Positions 1 through 9,829 are shown, counted from the stretch's first letter. The stretch: 64,000 nt of DNA from Desulfatiglandales bacterium (GCA_963667015.2 CAXXJJ010000004.1:672001-736000), one strand, 5' to 3'. Notes: generated by a model not told the origin, from the sequence alone. Translations and numbers: made by a program.

Positions 1-65
1 TGTATGATCCCGAGACACAAACGGCTGAGTATAAGGCATGTTCGGTTCGCCTGGAAAAAATATGA
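1..65 (+). CDS. 3' end (partial) of a molybdopterin oxidoreductase / formate dehydrogenase alpha-like protein
   Basis: Frame from base 3 reads YDPETQTAEYKACSVRLEKI*, resembling the DP....EYK.C.V..EK C-terminus of molybdopterin dinucleotide-binding domains; TGA at 63-65. Confidence 0.6.
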   Translation, partial: YDPETQTAEYKACSVRLEKI

Positions 66-71
66 AAAAAC

Positions 72-95
72 AGGCACAGGGCGCTAGGCGCAAGG
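72..95 (+). repeat. degenerate 7-mer tandem repeat (AGGCACA GGGCGCT AGGCGCA AGG)
   Basis: Read directly; a related array lies at 33275-33305. Confidence 0.6.
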
Positions 96-117
96 CTAAA
101 CAATAGGATTGCAATCT

Positions 118-329
118 GTAGGAGCACGCTCCGCCGTCGTTGAAACTATGTCAGGACAGGCGCTTCGTGCCCATGACAGGATGTGCATATATGATATACA
201 GGGAGGTCTGATTTAGGGATAGAATTAAAATAATACAATCTATGCGGGCGGACACGCAGGTCCGCCCATTCTACGAGAATCAGATAATCCTGTTTTTTAT
301 TTTGTAAGGACAGACCTGTGTGTCTGCCC
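118..329. repeat. cluster of GTAG-type REP-like palindromes between convergent genes
   Basis: GTAGGAGCACG...CGTGCCC (118-172); GGGCGGAC-ACGCAG-GTCCGCCC..CTAC (246-274); GTAAGGACAGAC-CTGTGT-GTCTGCCC (304-329). Confidence 0.65.
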
Positions 330-348
330 GCTATCGAATGGATGGAAA

Positions 349-1788
349 CTAATTAAAATCCACCACCATCATCTTAATTCTGGTATATTCTTCCAGACCA
401 TACATGGAATTTTCTTTCCCGAAACCGCTTTCTTTAAATCCGCCCCACGGGGTTTCACCGGATACCAGTCTCCCGGTATTTACACCTACTGCACCCGCGT
501 CAATTTTTGATGCGATTTTCAGACCGCGTTTGATATCTTTTGTCCAGACGGTTCCGCAGAGACCAAACTCGGTATCATTTGCAGAAGCAGTCACTTCTTC
601 ATCAGAGGAAAACTTTACACATACACCAACCGGTCCGAAGATCTCTTCCCTGAAAATTGTCATATGGGGTTTGACGTCGGAAAAGACAGTCGGCATGACA
701 TAATAGCCTTTGTCAAAGGCTGATCCTAGGGGCCGCTCCCCACCCAGCAGGATTTTAGCGCCCTCTTCTATTCCGGATTTGATATATCTTTCCACCCTGT
801 TCCGGTGTTCTTCACTTACAACCGGACCCATTTCGGTTTTTTCATCATGGGGATCTCCCACAACAATTTTTTTCATGGCTGCAACAAATTTCTCCACAAA
901 TTGATCGTGGATTTTTTCATGCAGGTAGTAACGCCCCGGAGACGCGCATACCATCCCGGAATTATTACAGGTCGAACGGGCTGCCTGAATCGCCAGCTCA
1001 TCGATATCGGCATCATCCAGCACAATGAATGGATTTTTGCCGCCCAGTTCCATATGGAGCCGTTTCAGGTTGCAGCTTGCGGATGCCATCAGGCTTTTAC
1101 CGGTTTCCGAACTTCCGGTAAAGGATATGAATTCAATGTCCCGGTGTTTTGCGATTGCTTCGCCGACACTGTGGCCGGGACCAGTAACGATATTGACCAC
1201 GCCGGGCGGGACACCGCAGGAATCCAGTATTTCAGCAAACACCAGTGTTACCAGTGAGCTGATGCTTGCAGGCTTCATGATGCAGGTATTCCCGGTAGCC
1301 AGGCAGGCGCCCAGTTTTGAGGTCACCATCAGAATCGGTGAGTTCCATGGGATGACCAGGCCGCAGACACCGATAGGCTGCCTTTCCAGGGTATAAATGG
1401 CATTCGGTCTCATGGGAACGGAATCACCCATCAGGGCGCGGGCAGCGCTGGCCGTGTATCTCAAATTGGATACGCCGGCATGTTCCCACATTCGGCCCAG
1501 AGAAATGGGTGTGCCATGATCCATGACATCAAGCTGGGCCAGTTCCTCTGATCGTCTGTCCAGCTCATCCGCAATGCGATTGATGATATTCGAACGCTCG
1601 GCCATGGATCTGGCAGACCATTCGGGAAACGCGGCCCTGGCCGCCGCAACGGCTTTATCGACATCTTCGGCATTGCCTAATGGAATCTCCCCAACAATTT
1701 CACCATTGGCCGGGTTTTTCGTCAAATAGGTTTTACCAGAAATTGCGTCTGTGAATTGCCCGTTAATATACATTTTGTAAGTGTTCAT
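349..1788 (-). CDS. NAD(P)-dependent aldehyde dehydrogenase
   Basis: 479 aa; PWN, FTGS, ELGGKNP, catalytic Cys region (SGMVC), EEIFGPV, PWGGFKESGFG motifs. Confidence 0.95.
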   Translation of the reverse strand: MNTYKMYINGQFTDAISGKTYLTKNPANGEIVGEIPLGNAEDVDKAVAAARAAFPEWSARSMAERSNIINRIADELDRRSEELAQLDVMDHGTPISLGRMWEHAGVSNLRYTASAARALMGDSVPMRPNAIYTLERQPIGVCGLVIPWNSPILMVTSKLGACLATGNTCIMKPASISSLVTLVFAEILDSCGVPPGVVNIVTGPGHSVGEAIAKHRDIEFISFTGSSETGKSLMASASCNLKRLHMELGGKNPFIVLDDADIDELAIQAARSTCNNSGMVCASPGRYYLHEKIHDQFVEKFVAAMKKIVVGDPHDEKTEMGPVVSEEHRNRVERYIKSGIEEGAKILLGGERPLGSAFDKGYYVMPTVFSDVKPHMTIFREEIFGPVGVCVKFSSDEEVTASANDTEFGLCGTVWTKDIKRGLKIASKIDAGAVGVNTGRLVSGETPWGGFKESGFGKENSMYGLEEYTRIKMMVVDFN

Positions 1789-1797
1789 CTCATCTCC

Positions 1798-2970
1798 TCA
1801 GTTCTGTGTGTTCAGTGTATGGCTATCGATTTCGGTCATTGCCTCGATTGCAGAATCTACATGTTCAACTGTGTTAAAGGGCCCGAAACTGAATCTTATT
1901 GCCCCGTATGGAAACGTCCCTATATTCTTATGAACATGGGGAGCACAATGCAGGCCGGTTCTGACTGCAATATTGAAATCCGCATCAAGGATAGATCCCG
2001 CATCACCGGGGTTCATTCCCCTTATATTTAAGGTTAAGATAGCAGCATGGTTTTCGGTATTATCCGCGCAGTAACATTCTACTGTTTCGAGGTTCGCCAG
2101 ACCATCCCGCAACTTGTTATATAATTTCATCTCCTTTTGATGGATGGTCTCCATTCCAATATTTTCAATATATTTGAGTCCTTCGGAAAGACCGATTATT
2201 CCAATCAGGTTGCCGGTACCTGCTTCAAGTCGATGTGGATATGACAGGTTATGAATAGGACTTTCCGAATCAATTCCTGTACCGCCGAAGCGTGTGGGAT
2301 CTATTTCGAGATCAGGGCTTACCGCAAGACCTCCTGTACCGGTTGGACCAAGCAGAGACTTATGCCCTGTAAAGGCAACAGCGCTTATATTCATCTCTTC
2401 CATGTCTATGGGGATAACACCGGCACTCTGTGCCGCATCAATAACCAGAGGCACTCCCTTTTTAAAACAGATATCCCCTATTTCCCTTACTGGCTGTATT
2501 GTACCAAGGACATTGGAGACATGGTTTATAATTACAAGCCTGGTATTGGCTTTTATTACCCGTTCAATATCATCCGGGCCTACAAACCCGTTGCTGTCAA
2601 AATCTACCAGGTCATAATCTATAATTCCCTTTTCTTTCAGGTGATAGAGAGGTCTGAGCACGGAATTATGTTCCAGTCTTGTTGAGACAACATGATCGCC
2701 TTTTTCAACTATGCCCTGCAGGGCAATATTAAGAGAGTCGGTAGCATTGGAAGCAAAAACCACCCTCTCAGGATCAGGCGCATTAAACAGCCGTGCAAGT
2801 CTGGTCCTTGTATCAAAGACAATATCCTCTGCCTCAAAGGCAAGGTCATAACTGCCCCTGCCCGGTGATACTCCTTTTTTTTTGAATACTTCAACCATGC
2901 GCTCAAGGGCGCCTTCCGGTTTGGGAAAGGTAGTTGCTGCATTATCAAGATAAACAATATCGGAACTCAT
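1798..2970 (-). CDS. cysteine desulfurase family (class V PLP aminotransferase)
   Basis: YLDNAATT, EHNSV, DAAQSAG, TGHK (PLP Lys), RTGLHCAP catalytic Cys; likely start MSSDIV at 2970, directly after the upstream stop. Confidence 0.9.
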   Translation of the reverse strand: MSSDIVYLDNAATTFPKPEGALERMVEVFKKKGVSPGRGSYDLAFEAEDIVFDTRTRLARLFNAPDPERVVFASNATDSLNIALQGIVEKGDHVVSTRLEHNSVLRPLYHLKEKGIIDYDLVDFDSNGFVGPDDIERVIKANTRLVIINHVSNVLGTIQPVREIGDICFKKGVPLVIDAAQSAGVIPIDMEEMNISAVAFTGHKSLLGPTGTGGLAVSPDLEIDPTRFGGTGIDSESPIHNLSYPHRLEAGTGNLIGIIGLSEGLKYIENIGMETIHQKEMKLYNKLRDGLANLETVECYCADNTENHAAILTLNIRGMNPGDAGSILDADFNIAVRTGLHCAPHVHKNIGTFPYGAIRFSFGPFNTVEHVDSAIEAMTEIDSHTLNTQN

Positions 2971-2971
2971 T

Positions 2972-3340
2972 TTAATAACCGGAACATGATTTCGGGTTGG
3001 GAAGACCTGCAAAACGACGGGCGCCCAGTCTTATACCTCCGGGAAAGAGCCCCTCCATCTCCATAAAGCTAAGTCCGGTTTCTTTCTTGATATCGCGATT
3101 CATCGGCGCCCTGCCGTGGTAAAAATAAAAATCTCTTAAAAACCTGATTATCTTCCACTGGATTTCACTGAACTTTTCGACTCCGTTCTCAGCCCCGAGG
3201 ATTTCAGCGATCTCTTCTGTCCAGTCATCGGCTTTCCATAGAAAGCCCTCCCTGTCAAAAAGGATTGTTTTACCGGCAATCTCCCTGTATACCCTTGCGA
3301 GATCGCCGGTAAGGGGTTCTGATCCTTCAGACTGAACCAT
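2972..3340 (-). CDS. TusE/DsrC family sulfur relay protein
   Basis: D.EGFL....W.EEIA, W.II.FLR.FY, LFP.G, C-terminal AGLPNPKSC. Confidence 0.85.
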   Translation of the reverse strand: MVQSEGSEPLTGDLARVYREIAGKTILFDREGFLWKADDWTEEIAEILGAENGVEKFSEIQWKIIRFLRDFYFYHGRAPMNRDIKKETGLSFMEMEGLFPGGIRLGARRFAGLPNPKSCSGY

Positions 3341-3346
3341 TAATTA

Positions 3347-6001
3347 CTACTTTGCTGCCAGTGCAGCCTTGACCTTGTCCGGGGTTGCCGGAAGATCATG
3401 TATCCAGACACCGCAGGCATCTTTAATGGCGTTGATAACAGCCGGAGCCGTTGATACCATTGTCATTTCGCCTACTCCTATTGAACCCAGAGCACCTTTT
3501 TTACGCGGTGTTTCAAGAGGGGGAATTATCTCCATATCAAAATAGGTCTTAAAGGTCGGGAACTTGAAGGTTTTCCAATCCTTTGTCTCACCATGGATAT
3601 ATTCTTCTCTCAGTGCATAACCGACTCCCTGATCCATACCGCCTTCGAGCTGTCCTTCCAGATTCTGTGGATGAATTACCGGACCCGGATCAACAGACGT
3701 GGTCATTTTGAGTACACGGACTTCACCGGTCTCGGTATTGACTTCTACCTCGGCCATCTGGATGTTATGCACCTGGGTTTCGTATGCAGCACCCTGCCCT
3801 GTTTCAGGATCAAGATCTGCTTCTTTTGTGGTTTTTCTGCCAATATACCTGGTCGGTTTCCCGGCTTTTTTCAGGCCTTCGTATGTACTGGTACCGGCTT
3901 CTTTCATGGCAGCCTTCATCTCTTCAATACCATTTACCATGGCACCGCCAACCATATATGTAATACGGCTGCTGGCCGCAGGCCCTGTTTCTGAAGTATT
4001 TTCAGTGGTTCTTGTTACAAGTCTAACCTTATCCAGAGGAATGTCAAGCATATGTGCCGCAAGCTGTGTGAACATGGAGTCATTACCTTCTCCCGGATCG
4101 GCAGCAGCAGTATAAACTGTAATTCCGTCATCTTCATTAAGTTCGACAACAGCCACTCCCATGTCACTGGGCATTCCGATTCCGAATGAATGAGCGCCAA
4201 GACCGACTCCGCGTTTGATCTTGCCATCTTTGAATGCTGCGGCATCCTTTTTTGCCCTCTCATAGTGAGGCCTGATCAATTCACAGACCTGCGGGAATGT
4301 TGAGTCGTCAATAAGGACTATTCCGGTTGAAAGGCTGTCACCCGGCTTAAGTGAATTTTTTATCCTGAATTCAAGCGGGTCCATACCTATTTTTTCTGCC
4401 AGCATGTCCATTGCACATTCAAGGGCAAAATTGACCTGTGGCGGCCCTGCGCCTCTTGCTGCACCGCCTGCTGCGTCGTTCGTATAAACAAGTTTACCCA
4501 TTGCATCGATGTTGGGGATACTGTAAGCGCCTGAAAACATTTCTATGGCGCGACCTACAACAATAATACCCAGCAGCATATAGGCGCCGTTATTGACTAT
4601 AAAATCATTCCCATAGGCAGTGAGGTTACCGTCCTTGTCTGCTGCCAGTTTAACCTTCATTTTAAAGGGGTGCCGTTTCGGGCTTAACAGCATGGATTCA
4701 TGCAGGCCCGGCATGTATCTGACCGGTCTTTTAAAATGAAGGGCTGCCGCGCCAGATATACCTTCCGAAGTAATAGAGGCCTTTATACCAAACTGACCGC
4801 CCGAAAAGGGTTCTTCATATCTCATATTCTCATATCCGAGAGCACCCTGCAGTGCCCCCATATGTGTATGAATCATGATACTTCGTCCGGCAACAACAAG
4901 AATGGGATCTTCATCTCCTTCCAGCCAGGCACATGTAGTCTCACCCTCAAGAGGTGCCTGATGATTCATCTGTGTTGTAAACTCGGCCTCAACGACAGCG
5001 GCTGCTTCACTATAGGCCTTGGCAGCATCACCCTTGACCGAGGGCTGTTGATATACCAGATTGGGAAATTCGTCATGAACCCTTACTTCATCCGAAGCCA
5101 TTGCCTCTTCAACTGTCTTTAATACTGGCAGTTTTTCATATTCAACCTTTACTGCTTCTGCGGCCGCAATGGCCTGCTTCTGTGTTTCGGCGGCAACGAT
5201 TGCAATAGGATCACCAAGGTTTCTTACCTTTGTATCGCAAAGCACAACCTGGTCATTGAATATAAACTGGAGCCTGTTTGTCCCTTTGATATCCTTTGCG
5301 GTCATTGTACCGGCTACGCCCGGCATCTTTTCTGCCGCTGATGTATCGATTGATACTATTTTGGCATGCTCTTCAGTACTTCTTACAACAGCCAGTTCAA
5401 GCGCATTGTCAAGATGTATATCAGCACCAAACTGAGCCACACCGCATGCCTTTATCATTGATGAGGGTCTTGGATGGGAAACACCCAGTTTCGGTCCGTC
5501 AGGATCCGGACGAACCTTATCAGGGGTAGTTTCACCTCTAAGGAATTTTGATGCCAGCTTTACAGCATCTATTATCTTTCTATAACCTGTGCAGCGGCAG
5601 AGGTTACCGGACAGGGCCTTTTTTATCTCATCTTCAGAAGGATCAGGATTTTTATCAAGCAATACCTTTGTTGCCATAATCATTCCCGGAGTACAGAATC
5701 CACACTGGACTGCCCCTGCAAGAACAAAGGCCTCCTGAATAATGTGAGGATTATCAGGAGTACCAAGTCCTTCAATCGTGACAATATCAGCACCTTCCAG
5801 TTTAACAACCTTGGTTACACATGATTTTACTGCCTTTTTATTGACTATTACCGTACATGCTCCGCACTGCCCTTTTCTGTCACATGACTGTTTTGCACCT
5901 GTAAGATGCAGATCTTCACGAAGAAGATCAAGCAATACCTTATCCGGTTCGACAATAAAGTCATATTGACGTCCATTTATTTTCAACGAAACTTTTTGCA
6001 T
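3347..6001 (-). CDS. mop: Mop-type aldehyde oxidoreductase (xanthine oxidase family; 2x[2Fe-2S] plus Mo domain, no FAD domain)
   Basis: 884 aa; SCDRKGQCGAC, QCGFCTPG, LCRCTGY; GGQFG; GQLEGG; GVGE catalytic Glu. Confidence 0.88.
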   Translation of the reverse strand: MQKVSLKINGRQYDFIVEPDKVLLDLLREDLHLTGAKQSCDRKGQCGACTVIVNKKAVKSCVTKVVKLEGADIVTIEGLGTPDNPHIIQEAFVLAGAVQCGFCTPGMIMATKVLLDKNPDPSEDEIKKALSGNLCRCTGYRKIIDAVKLASKFLRGETTPDKVRPDPDGPKLGVSHPRPSSMIKACGVAQFGADIHLDNALELAVVRSTEEHAKIVSIDTSAAEKMPGVAGTMTAKDIKGTNRLQFIFNDQVVLCDTKVRNLGDPIAIVAAETQKQAIAAAEAVKVEYEKLPVLKTVEEAMASDEVRVHDEFPNLVYQQPSVKGDAAKAYSEAAAVVEAEFTTQMNHQAPLEGETTCAWLEGDEDPILVVAGRSIMIHTHMGALQGALGYENMRYEEPFSGGQFGIKASITSEGISGAAALHFKRPVRYMPGLHESMLLSPKRHPFKMKVKLAADKDGNLTAYGNDFIVNNGAYMLLGIIVVGRAIEMFSGAYSIPNIDAMGKLVYTNDAAGGAARGAGPPQVNFALECAMDMLAEKIGMDPLEFRIKNSLKPGDSLSTGIVLIDDSTFPQVCELIRPHYERAKKDAAAFKDGKIKRGVGLGAHSFGIGMPSDMGVAVVELNEDDGITVYTAAADPGEGNDSMFTQLAAHMLDIPLDKVRLVTRTTENTSETGPAASSRITYMVGGAMVNGIEEMKAAMKEAGTSTYEGLKKAGKPTRYIGRKTTKEADLDPETGQGAAYETQVHNIQMAEVEVNTETGEVRVLKMTTSVDPGPVIHPQNLEGQLEGGMDQGVGYALREEYIHGETKDWKTFKFPTFKTYFDMEIIPPLETPRKKGALGSIGVGEMTMVSTAPAVINAIKDACGVWIHDLPATPDKVKAALAAK

Positions 6002-6103
6002 AAATTACCCTCCTTAATATTAGGCTATTTAGATTCCTGAATATGAACTACGAATAAACAGACAGAAGCTTCTTAAAGAAAGGATTTCACTTCTTTGCTT
6101 CTG

Positions 6104-6370
6104 TTAAATTATTTTTAAATCGTTCCTGCGGATTTCATGACTAAGCTGATTAATCGCCTTTTCAAAGGATTTTACGGCAATTGTTTCAGGAGAGTTTCTC
6201 AGAACCTGCTTTGCAAGCGGGCACGATGTATTGTGAATAAAGTCCAATATTATATTTATTGCGGCATCATTAAGGTCTTCTACCATTCTGAAACAGCGTG
6301 TAAAGATTTCCTCTTCTTTCTCAGGTGTTACATCCAGTGATGCCAATCCCCGTCTAACTTCACCTTCCAT
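6104..6370 (-). CDS. hypothetical protein (88 aa)
   Basis: ATG at 6370 preceded by GGGAG RBS; co-oriented upstream of mop. Confidence 0.55.
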   Translation of the reverse strand: MEGEVRRGLASLDVTPEKEEEIFTRCFRMVEDLNDAAINIILDFIHNTSCPLAKQVLRNSPETIAVKSFEKAINQLSHEIRRNDLKII

Positions 6371-6398
6371 TATTTCTCCCACTTGAAAATCAGAGTTA

Positions 6399-6460
6399 TA
6401 TATCGATATTGATACATTTATATATCGCAATAGACACAACTTTATATCAGTGTCGATACA
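6399..6460. promoter_or_regulatory. three phased 18-bp imperfect palindromes TATATC-N6-GA(T/C)ACA, 22-bp period
   Basis: Copies at 6399-6416, 6421-6438 and 6443-6460, read directly. Confidence 0.7.
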
Positions 6461-6660
6461 ACAAATCAAAAAAAAATTCAAATCCTTTATTAATATATTT
6501 CGCCTGGCAGAAATAAATCCATGAAAAATGCTGTTAAAGAAGTTCACCCTTCACAGTCAATTTCTTTTTACTTTGATAATTTATCACTAATTATTACTGT
6601 TTATTACCATTAATAACTATAATCTGAGTTTAAAATAAAAATTGAAAATTTATCACCCTA

Positions 6661-6689
6661 TTGACGTGAACAGACTTTATATTTATACT
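6661..6689 (+). promoter_or_regulatory. sigma70 promoter of the ABC operon
   Basis: TTGACG (6661-6666), 17-bp spacer, TATACT (6684-6689). Confidence 0.7.
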
Positions 6690-6747
6690 CCATTTTTTTA
6701 AAATAAGATTTAAAGATCTATAATAATTAAATTTTTCAGGAAGACGT

Positions 6748-7752
6748 TTGAAAAAAAGATTAAAAGCTCTGCCTCTGCTGTTATTACCCGCCCTATTCAT
6801 TCTGGTATCCCTGTGTATCGGAAGATATCCTGTATCGTTATTAAAGGTAATTGAGATAATTATTAATGGTGTTTCAGGTAACATTGATGCAGCAAATGAC
6901 TTATACCGGAATATTATATGGGAGATCAGGCTGCCGAGGGCTATCCTCGGAGCCCTTGTCGGCGGAGCCCTGGGTATAAGCGGGGCGTCACTCCAGGGGC
7001 TGTTTAAAAATCCGCTTGTAAGCCCGGGGATACTTGGAGTCAGCTCCGGTGCAGGTTTTGGTGCTTCTGTTGCCATACTTTTATTCGGCGCAACCACTGC
7101 CGTCTATCCCTTTGCTCTGGGCTTTGGAATACTCGCAGTGTTTTTAAGCTATCTTATAGGAAGAACATATAACACTACACCAACCATAATGCTTGTACTG
7201 GGCGGCGTTATCGTATCCTCCATTTTTTCTGCCCTGATATCCTTTGCAAAGTATGTAGCAGACCCCTATGAGCAGCTTCCTTCCATTGTTTTCTGGATGA
7301 TGGGCTCTCTGGCAAATGCAGGCTATAAAGATATTATTACTGCCGGTCCGATCATAATTGCAGGCTCCCTTGGGATATACCTGATAAGATGGCGAATCAA
7401 TGTTCTTTCCATGGGAGATAAGGAGGCCCGGACTCTGGGTATTGACACCCGGATCGCAAAGGGAATTATAGTAACAAGCGCTACCCTTGCCACAGCCGGG
7501 GCTGTGTGTGTGAGCGGCACAATAGGCTGGGTAGGCTTGATAATACCTCATATAGGCCGGATGCTTGTTGGAAATGACAACAGGATACTGATACCGGTTT
7601 CTTTTTCACTGGGAGCGTGCTTTCTTATTCTTGTCGATAATATCAGCAGATCTATAACAGGCTCTGAGATCCCCCTTGGAATACTTACTTCACTTATAGG
7701 CGGCCCGTTTTTTATCTATCTTTTAAAAAAGACAAAGGCCAGGGGGTGGTAA
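6748..7752 (+). CDS. FecCD/BtuC family ABC transporter permease
   Basis: IRLPR, QGLFKNPLVSP.ILGVSSGA, EA.TLG, G.IGWVGLIIPH, IP.GI.TSLIGGPFF motifs. Confidence 0.93.
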   Translation: MKKRLKALPLLLLPALFILVSLCIGRYPVSLLKVIEIIINGVSGNIDAANDLYRNIIWEIRLPRAILGALVGGALGISGASLQGLFKNPLVSPGILGVSSGAGFGASVAILLFGATTAVYPFALGFGILAVFLSYLIGRTYNTTPTIMLVLGGVIVSSIFSALISFAKYVADPYEQLPSIVFWMMGSLANAGYKDIITAGPIIIAGSLGIYLIRWRINVLSMGDKEARTLGIDTRIAKGIIVTSATLATAGAVCVSGTIGWVGLIIPHIGRMLVGNDNRILIPVSFSLGACFLILVDNISRSITGSEIPLGILTSLIGGPFFIYLLKKTKARGW

Positions 7753-7753
7753 G

Positions 7754-8578
7754 ATGTCTCTCATTCAAGTCGAAAATGCCGCATTCAGTTATGGAAAAGA
7801 AAATGTCTTCCGGAACATCAGTTTTTCTGTCACAAAGGGAGAAATTTTCTGTCTGCTGGGTCCAAACGGGTCCGGAAAGACTACACTGCTCGACTGTGTA
7901 CTGGGTACAAACAAACTGAAAAGCGGAAATATCAAAATAAATGGGGAAAACATAAAATCATATAATCCCCGCAAACTCGCACAGCAGATTTCGTATGTGC
8001 CGCAAAGGCATGAATGCGCTTTTCCATACAGGGTAATTGATGTAACCATGATGGGAAGGGCCCCCTATACAGGCATTTTTTCCGCACCTTCAACAAATGA
8101 CAGGGAAATCGCAACAAAGGCCCTTAAGCTGACAGGCATGTATCACCTGAGGAGAAGGCCATATACCCAGTTGAGCGGAGGAGAACTGCAGCTCGTCATG
8201 ATAGCCAGGGCACTTGCGCAGAATACATCATTGATTGTGATGGATGAACCCACTGCGCACCTGGATTTCAGGCATGAGCTTGTTGTTCTTGAAACGGTCA
8301 TGAATCTTGTGAAGGAAAAAGAGATATCCGTTTTAATGGCAACACATTTTCCTAATCATGCATTCTATTTTGAGGACAATAACCTGAATATTAATATTGC
8401 ATTACTCAAAGATGGTCAGTTCACTGCAAAGGGCGCACCTGGGGAGATATTAAATGAGGAAAGAATCGAGGAGCTTTATGGAGTTAAATCGAGCCTTTTC
8501 TCATACAGAGATAACACTGAAAATGAGCGGAGACGTATAATTCCCCTTAGAACAGTGAGGAATCAAATTGAAGAATAA
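7754..8578 (+). CDS. FecE/BtuD-like ABC transporter ATPase
   Basis: GPNGSGKTT, LSGGE, MDEPTAHLD. Confidence 0.93.
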   Translation: MSLIQVENAAFSYGKENVFRNISFSVTKGEIFCLLGPNGSGKTTLLDCVLGTNKLKSGNIKINGENIKSYNPRKLAQQISYVPQRHECAFPYRVIDVTMMGRAPYTGIFSAPSTNDREIATKALKLTGMYHLRRRPYTQLSGGELQLVMIARALAQNTSLIVMDEPTAHLDFRHELVVLETVMNLVKEKEISVLMATHFPNHAFYFEDNNLNINIALLKDGQFTAKGAPGEILNEERIEELYGVKSSLFSYRDNTENERRRIIPLRTVRNQIEE

Positions 8579-9704
8579 TATTTCTATAAAGTCTGTATTA
8601 TTGTTATCCCTGATAGTTACACTGCTTTTACCAGGATTAACAGCAGTTGCAAAGGATGATGACAAACAGGATACAAAAGAAGGCTATATAACCATAACAG
8701 ACTGCCTTGACAGAAAAGTTATGGTCCCTGAAAAGGTAGAGCGAATAGCCTGCCTGTATCTCTTTGCAGGGCATGTTGTTACGATGCTGGGCAGAGGTGA
8801 TGATATAGTGGCAGTATCAAACGGTCTTAAACGTGTTTCCCTGCTGCTTGATATATGCCCATCAATTAAAAATGCCATGGTCCCTAAATCCCAGGGTGCC
8901 CTGAACATGGAAGAACTGCTTAAAGCTGCTCCTGATGTGCTTTTTACTGCAGGTGAGATGTCCGGTAACAGGGGTGAATTGGAAAAGCTGGAACGATTCG
9001 GAATCCCGACTATAATAATCGATTATTCAGACATGGAGAGCCAGCAGAGGGCTATTACCATAATCGGAAAGGCAATTGGCAGAGAAAAAAGGGCTGCAGA
9101 GTACAACAATTATTTCAGAAAAATCATTACACAGGTAAAGTCTCAGACAGACGGCCTGCCGGAAGATGAAAGACTTAGAATTTATTACTCAGAGAATGAA
9201 GCAACCAGAACAACTCTTGATAATGACCTTTCAACAGACTGGCTTAAGATAACCGGCGCAATAAATGTTGCACGCAAAGCCTCGGACAACGTACTGGAAG
9301 GAAAAAACTTTGCAGGCATTGAACAGATACTCCTCTGGAACCCGGAAGCGATACTGGCAAATGAACCTGAAGCACAGAGCTTAATGACGACAGATAAAAA
9401 ATGGGCAGCCATTGATGCTGTAAAAAATAAAAGGGTATACCAGATGCCCATAGCAATATCACGCTGGGGGCATCCAGGCTCCATTGAAACACCACTGGCA
9501 ATAATGTGGACAGCTAAAACACTTTACCCTGCCCTGTTTAAGGACATTGATATGAAAAGGGAAACAAAAAAATATTATAAGACCTTTTTTAATTATGAAC
9601 TTACACATGAAAAGATAAAAACAATCCTGGAAGGTGAATTAATGAGAAAGCCGAAGCATGGGGAAAAGGGAAAAAGACAGAAGTCAGAGGTCAGAAATCA
9701 GTAG
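8568..9704 (+). CDS. class III (FecB/BtuF-like) substrate-binding protein
   Basis: Signal peptide; TITD...R.V.VP..VERI; EQILLWNPE; AVKNKRVY. Confidence 0.88.
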   Translation: MKNNISIKSVLLLSLIVTLLLPGLTAVAKDDDKQDTKEGYITITDCLDRKVMVPEKVERIACLYLFAGHVVTMLGRGDDIVAVSNGLKRVSLLLDICPSIKNAMVPKSQGALNMEELLKAAPDVLFTAGEMSGNRGELEKLERFGIPTIIIDYSDMESQQRAITIIGKAIGREKRAAEYNNYFRKIITQVKSQTDGLPEDERLRIYYSENEATRTTLDNDLSTDWLKITGAINVARKASDNVLEGKNFAGIEQILLWNPEAILANEPEAQSLMTTDKKWAAIDAVKNKRVYQMPIAISRWGHPGSIETPLAIMWTAKTLYPALFKDIDMKRETKKYYKTFFNYELTHEKIKTILEGELMRKPKHGEKGKRQKSEVRNQ

Positions 9705-9712
9705 GCAGAAAA
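9678..9712 (+). repeat. degenerate 7-mer tandem repeat (CAGAAGT CAGAGGT CAGAAAT CAGTAGG CAGAAAA) overlapping the SBP stop codon
   Basis: Read directly; the repeat contains the TAG at 9702-9704. Confidence 0.65.
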
Positions 9713-9734
9713 GAGTAAATTATAAAAGAAGACT

Positions 9735-9757
9735 GTAGGGGCACGGCGTGCCGTTCC
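9735..9757 (+). repeat. GTAG-type REP-like element
   Basis: GTAGGGGCACGGCGTGCCGTTCC; same family as 43059-43077 and 59144-59167. Confidence 0.6.
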
Positions 9758-9829
9758 AACATGGTCCACGACCGTAGTTATAAAACAGAACATGGCATAT
9801 AATTTAAAAAACAGCAAAGGAACAATATT

